A stretch of DNA of 64,000 bases from Carpediemonas membranifera BICM (taxonomy: Eukaryota > Protista > Fornicata). Positions 56,466 through 64,000 of the stretch are shown here, in pieces. The stretch is from contig JAHDYR010000015.1 of the NCBI GenBank assembly GCA_019828565.1, positions 718,986-782,985 of the forward strand, written 5' to 3'. Position 1 is the first letter of the stretch, and every line of letters starts with the position of its first letter. A model generated the notes under the pieces. The model searched no databases. It was not told the origin of the DNA and saw nothing but the letters and a program-made list of their open reading frames with translations. The position numbers were made by a program, and so were the translations under genes.

Positions 56466-57210
56466 ATGAAGTTCGGCACAACTCTCGTAGTCCTTGGCCT
56501 GATCGCCACCGTGTTCGCCCAATGCGTCATCACGGAGGAGGAGGCCCTCATGAACATGTACGTTGCCCTCGGCGGCGATTCCTGGACCGACAACACCAAC
56601 TGGAACACTGGTGACGTCTGCACCTGGTATGGCATCGGCTGCAACATCGACGGCTACGTCGTCAGCATCGACCTCTCCAACAACAACCTCGTCGGCCTCC
56701 TCACCGACGACATCGGGTGCTTCCCCTACCTCAAGAGCCTCCAGCTCAACGACAACGAGATCTCCGGCCCCGTCCCCGACGCCATCGGCAACCTGCCCAG
56801 CCTCAAGTACCTCAACCTTGACAACAACCTCCCTGACTGGCCCCCTGCCCGCCACCCTCTGCGCTGACGAGCACCTCCAGTACATCTACCTCGGCCACAA
56901 CCTCTTCGAGGGCGATATCCCCGCCTGCTACGTCACCAGCTTCACCTTCGTCAAGGAGGTCCACCTCGACTGCAACCTGCTCACCGGCGACCTCCTCGAC
57001 TTCTCTGTCTACGAGTACATGTTCGAGCTCCGCTCCCGCTGCAACAACTTCAGCGTCGAGTGCCCCGCCTGGACCGAGACCACTGACATGCTCGTCATCT
57101 GCTCCGGCTCCTGCGAGGACTGCCCCATTGTCCCCCCGACCCAGTGCCCCGAGTTCGTCGAGGTCGAGGACTGCGGCCTCTACTACCCCCTTGAGGCTGT
57201 CCCCGTCTAA
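56466..57210 (+). CDS. Secreted LRR protein copy (+1 C frameshift)
   Basis: Same as the intact copies except CTCCCTG near 56831. Confidence 0.75.
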
Positions 57211-57426
57211 GCTTGGTAAATGACTGAGTGATGCGTTGTGGGTGACCCACGCGGTTTACCTCGGGAGCACCGCGCCCCTTGCCGGGCCGGAGGATGCATT
57301 CGCCCGCCTCTGGCGCGCGTGGGGCAGGCTGGCGAGCACGCGATGCGATGGCGGGCCAGATCAAAGTCTGTGACACTGTAGAATGCGAGCTCGCGATGAC
57401 ACGACAAGTCTACAGCTCACACAACA

Positions 57427-58171
57427 ATGAAGTTCGGCACAACTCTCGTAGTCCTTGGCCTGATCGCCACCGTGTTCGCCCAATGCGTCATCACGGAGGA
57501 GGAGGCCCTCATGAACATGTACGTTGCCCTCGGCGGCGATTCCTGGACCGACAACACCAACTGGAACACTGGTGACGTCTGCACCTGGTATGGCATCGGC
57601 TGCAACATCGACGGCTACGTCGTCAGCATCGACCTCTCCAACAACAACCTCGTCGGCCTCCTCACCGACGACATCGGGTGCTTCCCCTACCTCAAGAGCC
57701 TCCAGCTCAACGACAACGAGATCTCCGGCCCCGTCCCCGACGCCATCGGCAACCTGCCCAGCCTCAAGTACCTCAACCTTGACAACAACCTCCTGACTGG
57801 CCCCCTGCCCGCCACCCTCTGCGCTGACGAGCACCTCCAGTACATCTACCTCGGCCACAACCTCTTCGAGGGCGATATCCCCGCCTGCTACGTCACCAAC
57901 TTCACCTTCGTCAAGGGAGGTCCACCTCGACTGCAACCTGCTCACCGGCGACCTCCTCGACTTCTCCGTCTACGAGTACATGTTCGAGCTCCGCTCCCGC
58001 TGCAACAGCTTCAACGTCGAGTGCCCCGCCTGGACCGAGACCACTGACATGCTCGTCATCTGCTCCGGCTCCTGCGAGGACTGCCCCATTGTCCCCCCGA
58101 CCCAGTGCCCCGAGTTCGTCGAGGTCGAGGACTGCGGCCTCTACTACCCCCTTGAGGCTGTCCCCGTCTAA
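57427..58171 (+). CDS. Secreted LRR protein copy (+1 G frameshift)
   Basis: AAGGGAGG instead of AAGGAGG near 57915. Confidence 0.75.
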
Positions 58172-58387
58172 GCTTGGTAAATGACTGAGTGATGCGTTGT
58201 GGGTGACCCACGCGGTTTACCTCGGGAGCACCGCGCCCCTTGCCGGGCCGGAGGATGCATTCGCCCGCCTCTGGCGCGCGTGGGGCAGGCTGGCGAGTAC
58301 GCGATGCGATGGCGGGCCAGATCAAAGTCTGTGACACTGTAGAATGCGAGCTCGCGATGACACGACAAGTCTACAGCTCACACAACA

Positions 58388-59132
58388 ATGAAGTTCGGCA
58401 CAACTCTCGTAGTCCTTGGCCTGATCGCCACCGTGTTCGCCCAATGCGTCATCACGGAGGAGGAGGCCCTCATGAACATGTACGTTGCCCTCGGCGGCGA
58501 TTCCTGGACCGACAACACCAACTGGAACACTGGTGACGTCTGCACCTGGTATGGCATCGGCTGCAACATCGACGGCTACGTCGTCAGCATCGACCTCTCC
58601 AACAACAACCTCGTCGGCCTCCTCACCGACGACATCGGGTGCTTCCCCTACCTCAAGAGCCTCCAGCTCAACGACAACGAGATCTCCGGCCCCGTCCCCG
58701 ACGCCATCGGCAACCTGCCCAGCCTCAAGTACCTCAACCTTGACAACAACCTCCTGACTGGCCCCCTGCCCGCCACCCTCTGCGCTGACGAGCACCTCCA
58801 GTACATCTACCTCGGCCACAACCTCTTCGAGGGCGATATCCCCGCCTGCTACGTCACCAGCTTCACCTTCGTCAAGGAGGTCCACCTCGACTGCAACCTG
58901 CTCACCGGCGACCTCCTCGACTTCTCCGTCTACGAGTACATGTTCGAGCTCCGCTCCCGCTGCAACAGCTTCAACGTCGAGTGCCCCGCCTGGACCGAGA
59001 CCACTGACATGCTCGTCATCTGCTCCGGCTCCTGCGAGGACTGCCCCATTGTCCCCCCGACCCAGTGCCCCGAGTTCGTCGAGGTCGAGGACTGCGGCCT
59101 CTACTACCCCCCTTGAGGCTGTCCCCGTCTAA
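58388..59132 (+). CDS. Secreted LRR protein copy (+1 C near the C-terminus)
   Basis: 242-aa ORF ending YYPP. Confidence 0.8.
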
Positions 59133-59348
59133 GCTTGGTAAATGACTGAGTGATGCGTTGTGGGTGACCCACGCGGTTTACCTCGGGAGCACCGCGCCCC
59201 TTGCCGGGCCGGAGGATGCATTCGCCCGCCTCTGGCACGCGTGGGGCAGGCTGGCGAGCACGCGATGCGATGGCGGGCCAGATCAATTTCTGTGACACTG
59301 TAGAATGCGAGCTCGCGATGACACGACAAGTCTACAGCTCACACAACA

Positions 59349-60092
59349 ATGAAGTTCGGCACAACTCTCGTAGTCCTTGGCCTGATCGCCACCGTGTTCG
59401 CCCAATGCGTCATCACGGAGGAGGAGGCCCTCATGAACATGTACGTTGCCCTCGGCGGCGATTCCTGGACCGACAACACCAACTGGAACACTGGTGACGT
59501 CTGCACCTGGTATGGCATCGGCTGCAACATCGACGGCTACGTCGTCAGCATCGACCTCTCCAACAACAACCTCGTCGGCCTCCTCACCGACGACATCGGG
59601 TGCTTCCCCTACCTCAAGAGCCTCCAGCTCAACGACAACGAGATCTCCGGCCCCGTCCCCGACGCCATCGGCAACCTGCCCAGCCTCAAGTACCTCAACC
59701 TTGACAACAACCTCCTGACTGGCCCCCCTGCCCGCCACCCTCTGCGCTGACGAGCACCTCCAGTACATCTACCTCGGCCACAACCTCTTCGAGGGCGATA
59801 TCCCCGCCTGCTACGTCACCAGCTTCACCTTCGTCAAGGAGGTCCACCTCGACTGCAACCTGCTCACCGGCGACCTCCTCGACTTCTCTGTCTACGAGTA
59901 CATGTTCGAGCTCCGCTCCCGCTGCAACAGCTTCAACGTCGAGTGCCCCGCCTGGACCGAGACCACTGACATGCTCGTCATCTGCTCCGGCTCCTGCGAG
60001 GACTGCCCCATTGTCCCCCGACCCAGTGCCCCGAGTTCGTCGAGGTCGAGGACTGCGGCCTCTACTACCCCCTTGAGGCTGTCCCCGTCTAA
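59349..60092 (+). CDS. Secreted LRR protein copy (two C-run indels)
   Basis: +1 C near 59725 and -1 C near 60016. Confidence 0.75.
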
Positions 60093-60308
60093 GCTTGGTA
60101 AATGACTGAGTGATGCGTTGTGGGTGACCCACGCGGTTTACCTCGGGAGCACCGCGCCCCTTGCCGGGCCGGAGGATGCATTCGCCCGCCTCTGGCGCGC
60201 GTGGGGCAGGCTGGCGAGCACGCGATGCGATGGCGGGCCAGATCAATTTCTGTGACACTGTAGAATGCGAGCTCGCGATGACACGACAAGTCTACAGCTC
60301 ACACAACA

Positions 60309-61052
60309 ATGAAGTTCGGCACAACTCTCGTAGTCCTTGGCCTGATCGCCACCGTGTTCGCCCAATGCGTCATCACGGAGGAGGAGGCCCTCATGAACAT
60401 GTACGTTGCCCTCGGCGGCGATTCCTGGACCGACAACACCAACTGGAACACTGGTGACGTCTGCACCTGGTATGGCATCGGCTGCAACATCGACGGCTAC
60501 GTCGTCAGCATCGACCTCTCCAACAACAACCTCGTCGGCCTCCTCACCGACGACATCGGGTGCTTCCCCTACCTCAAGAGCCTCCAGCTCAACGACAACG
60601 AGATCTCCGGCCCCGTCCCCGACGCCATCGGCAACCTGCCCAGCCTCAAGTACCTCAACCTTGACAACAACCTCCTGACTGGCCCCCTGCCCGCCACCCT
60701 CTGCGCTGACGAGCACCTCCAGTACATCTACCTCGGCCACAACCTCTTCGAGGGCGATATCCCCGCCTGCTACGTCACCAGCTTCACCTTCGTCAAGGAG
60801 GTCCACCTCGACTGCAACCTGCTCACCGGCGACCTCCTCGACTTCTCTGTCTACGAGTACATGTTCGAGCTCCGCTCCCGCTGCAACAACTTCAACGTCG
60901 AGTGCCCCGCCTGGACCGAGACCACTGACATGCTCGTCATCTGCTCCGGCTCCTGCGAGGACTGCCCCATTGTCCCCCCGACCCAGTGCCCCGAGTTCGT
61001 CGAGGTCGAGGACTGCGGCCTCTACTACCCCCTTGAGGCTGTCCCCGTCTAA
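60309..61052 (+). CDS. Secreted plant-type LRR protein, 247 aa, intact
   Basis: Signal peptide MKFGTTLVVLGLIATVFA, LRRNT_2-like cap (W..GDVCTWYGIGC), ~5 LxxLxLxxNxLxGxIP repeats, acidic Cys-rich tail, strong C-ending codon bias. Confidence 0.92.
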   Translation: MKFGTTLVVLGLIATVFAQCVITEEEALMNMYVALGGDSWTDNTNWNTGDVCTWYGIGCNIDGYVVSIDLSNNNLVGLLTDDIGCFPYLKSLQLNDNEISGPVPDAIGNLPSLKYLNLDNNLLTGPLPATLCADEHLQYIYLGHNLFEGDIPACYVTSFTFVKEVHLDCNLLTGDLLDFSVYEYMFELRSRCNNFNVECPAWTETTDMLVICSGSCEDCPIVPPTQCPEFVEVEDCGLYYPLEAVPV

Positions 61053-61268
61053 GCTTGGTAAATGACTGAGTGATGCGTTGTGGGTGACCCACGCGGTTTA
61101 CCTCGGGAGCACCGCGCCCCTTGCCGGGCCGGAGGATGCATTCGCCCGCCTCTGGCGCGCGTGGGGCAGGCTGGCGAGCACGCGATGCGATGGCGGGCCA
61201 GATCAATTTCTGTGACACTGTAGAATGCGAGCTCGCGATGACACGACAAGTCTACAGCTCACACAACA

Positions 61269-62012
61269 ATGAAGTTCGGCACAACTCTCGTAGTCCTTGG
61301 CCTGATCGCCACCGTGTTCGCCCAATGCGTCATCACGGAGGAGGAGGCCCTCATGAACATGTACGTTGCCCTCGGCGGCGATTCCTGGACCGACAACACC
61401 AACTGGAACACTGGTGACGTCTGCACCTGGTATGGCATCGGCTGCAACATCGACGGCTACGTCGTCAGCATCGACCTCTCCAACAACAACCTCGTCGGCC
61501 TCCTCACCGACGACATCGGGTGCTTCCCCTACCTCAAGAGCCTCCAGCTCAACGACAACGAGATCTCCGGCCCCGTCCCCGACGCCATCGGCAACCTGCC
61601 CAGCCTCAAGTACCTCAACCTTGACAACAACCTCCTGACTGGCCCCCTGCCCGCCACCCTCTGCGCTGACGAGCACCTCCAGTACATCTACCTCGGCCAC
61701 AACCTCTTCGAGGGCGATATCCCCGCCTGCTACGTCACCAGCTTCACCTTCGTCAAGGAGGTCCACCTCGACTGCAACCTGCTCACCGGCGACCTCCTCG
61801 ACTTCTCTGTCTACGAGTACATGTTCGAGCTCCGCTCCCGCTGCAACAACTTCAACGTCGAGTGCCCCGCCTGGACCGAGACCACTGACATGCTCGTCAT
61901 CTGCTCCGGCTCCTGCGAGGACTGCCCCATTGTCCCCCCGACCCAGTGCCCCGAGTTCGTCGAGGTCGAGGACTGCGGCCTCTACTACCCCCTTGAGGCT
62001 GTCCCCGTCTAA
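61269..62012 (+). CDS. Secreted plant-type LRR protein, 247 aa, intact
   Basis: Protein identical to 60309..61052. Confidence 0.92.
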   Translation: MKFGTTLVVLGLIATVFAQCVITEEEALMNMYVALGGDSWTDNTNWNTGDVCTWYGIGCNIDGYVVSIDLSNNNLVGLLTDDIGCFPYLKSLQLNDNEISGPVPDAIGNLPSLKYLNLDNNLLTGPLPATLCADEHLQYIYLGHNLFEGDIPACYVTSFTFVKEVHLDCNLLTGDLLDFSVYEYMFELRSRCNNFNVECPAWTETTDMLVICSGSCEDCPIVPPTQCPEFVEVEDCGLYYPLEAVPV

Positions 62013-62228
62013 GCTTGGTAAATGACTGAGTGATGCGTTGTGGGTGACCCACGCGGTTTACCTCGGGAGCACCGCGCCCCTTGCCGGGCCGGAGGATGCA
62101 TTCGCCCGCCTCTGGCGCGCGTGGGGCAGGCTGGCGAGCACGCGATGCGATGGCGGGCCAGATCAATTTCTGTGACACTGTAGAATGCGAGCTCGCGATG
62201 ACACGACAAGTCTACAGCTCACACAACA

Positions 62229-62973
62229 ATGAAGTTCGGCACAACTCTCGTAGTCCTTGGCCTGATCGCCACCGTGTTCGCCCAATGCGTCATCACGGAG
62301 GAGGAGGCCCTCATGAACATGTACGTTGCCCTCGGCGGCGATTCCTGGACCGACAACACCAACTGGAACACTGGTGACGTCTGCACCTGGTATGGCATCG
62401 GCTGCAACATCGACGGCTACGTCGTCAGCATCGACCTCTCCAACAACAACCTCGTCGGCCTCCTCACCGACGACATCGGGTGCTTCCCCTACCTCAAGAG
62501 CCTCCAGCTCAACGACAACGAGATCTCCGGCCCCGTCCCCGACGCCATCGGCAACCTGCCCAGCCTCAAGTACCTCAACCTTGACAACAACCTCCTGACT
62601 GGCCCCCTGCCCGCCACCCTCTGCGCTGACGAGCACCTCCAGTACATCTACCTCGGCCACAACCTCTTCGAGGGCGATATCCCCGCCTGCTACGTCACCA
62701 GCTTCACCTTCGTCAAGGGAGGTCCACCTCGACTGCAACCTGCTCACCGGCGACCTCCTCGACTTCTCCGTCTACGAGTACATGTTCGAGCTCCGCTCCC
62801 GCTGCAACAACTTCAACGTCGAGTGCCCCGCCTGGACCGAGACCACTGACATGCTCGTCATCTGCTCCGGCTCCTGCGAGGACTGCCCCATTGTCCCCCC
62901 GACCCAGTGCCCCGAGTTCGTCGAGGTCGAGGACTGCGGCCTCTACTACCCCCTTGAGGCTGTCCCCGTCTAA
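62229..62973 (+). CDS. Secreted LRR protein copy (+1 G frameshift)
   Basis: AAGGGAGG near 62717. Confidence 0.75.
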
Positions 62974-63189
62974 GCTTGGTAAATGACTGAGTGATGCGTT
63001 GTGGGTGACCCACGCGGTTTACCTCGGGAGCACCGCGCCCCTTGCCGGGCCGGAGGATGCATTCGCCCGCCTCTGGCGCGCGTGGGGCAGGCTGGCGAGC
63101 ACGCGATGCGATGGCGGGCCAGATCAATTTCTGTGACACTGTAGAATGCGAGCTCGCGATGACACGACAAGTCTACAGCTCACACAACA

Positions 63190-63935
63190 ATGAAGTTCGG
63201 CACAACTCTCGTAGTCCTTGGCCTGATCGCCACCGTGTTCGCCCAATGCGTCATCACGGAGGAGGAGGCCCTCATGAACATGTACGTTGCCCTCGGCGGC
63301 GATTCCTGGACCGACAACACCAACTGGAACACTGGTGACGTCTGCACCTGGTATGGCATCGGCTGCAACATCGACGGCTACGTCGTCAGCATCGACCTCT
63401 CCAACAACAACCTCGTCGGCCTCCTCACCGACGACATCGGGTGCTTCCCCTACCTCAAGAGCCTCCAGCTCAACGACAACGAGATCTCCGGCCCCGTCCC
63501 CGACGCCATCGGCAACCTGCCCAGCCTCAAGTACCTCAACCTTGACAACAACCTCCTGACTGGCCCCCTGCCCGCCACCCTCTGCGCTGACGAGCACCTC
63601 CAGTACATCTACCTCGGCCACAACCTCTTCGAGGGCGATATCCCCGCCTGCTACGTCACCAGCTTCACCTTCGTCAAGGGAGGTCCACCTCGACTGCAAC
63701 CTGCTCACCGGCGACCTCCTCGACTTCTCTGTCTACGAGTACATGTTCGAGCTCCGCTCCCGCTGCAACAGCTTCAACGTCGAGTGCCCCGCCTGGACCG
63801 AGACCACTGACATGCTCGTCATCTGCTCCGGCTCCTGCGAGGACTGCCCCATTGTCCCCCCCGACCCAGTGCCCCGAGTTCGTCGAGGTCGAGGACTGCG
63901 GCCTCTACTACCCCCTTGAGGCTGTCCCCGTCTAA
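63190..63935 (+). CDS. Secreted LRR protein copy (homopolymer frameshifts)
   Basis: AAGGGAGG near 63678 and an extra C near 63860. Confidence 0.75.
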
Positions 63936-64000
63936 GCTTGGTAAAATGACTGAGTGATGCGTTGTGGGTGACCCACGCGGTTTACCTCGGGAGCACCGCG

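Larger units (their letters stand above)
55822..64000 (+). repeat. Tandem array of ~960-bp units (744-bp LRR gene + ~216-bp spacer), at least 8.5 copies, runs off the window
   Basis: ATGs at 56466, 57427, 58388, 59349, 60309, 61269, 62229 and 63190; units nearly identical. Confidence 0.97.

Noticed and set aside
55773-63708. Repeated antisense ORFs (DLLDEGE…) and spacer ORFs in the array
   Set aside because: Shadow ORFs caused by the C-ending codon bias of the LRR gene.
55822-64000. CRISPR array or satellite
   Set aside because: Units are whole gene copies with no unique spacers.

Overview
Eukaryotic, probably protist, DNA with no prokaryotic features. Bases ~2.5-55.8 kb are a dense nest of young retrotransposons. 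It holds three tyrosine-recombinase (DIRS-order, PAT-like) elements, one with complete split direct repeats, and about ten families of compact Ty3/Gypsy LTR elements inserted into each other with 4-bp target-site duplications (TSDs); all whose 3' end survives encode a C-terminal chromodomain. One intact tRNA-Met(CAT) gene lies inside the nest. From 55.8 kb to the end is a ~960-bp tandem array of an intronless, secreted plant-type LRR protein gene. Most striking: the Gypsy LTRs are tiny (50-129 bp), and all six elements that keep a 5' LTR have a perfect 8-10-bp palindrome where the tRNA primer-binding site should be (ATACTAGTAT, GTGAATTCAC x2, GAATCGATTC, GTACTAGTAC, GTGATCAC). This suggests tRNA-independent, dimer-mediated priming. 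Three elements also carry tRNA-like B-box cassettes in their 3' non-coding regions, and the PAT-like element ends 2 bp upstream of the tRNA-Met gene. Many frameshifts fall in homopolymers and may be consensus errors. Element labels (G1-G10, YR-A/B/C) are mine.
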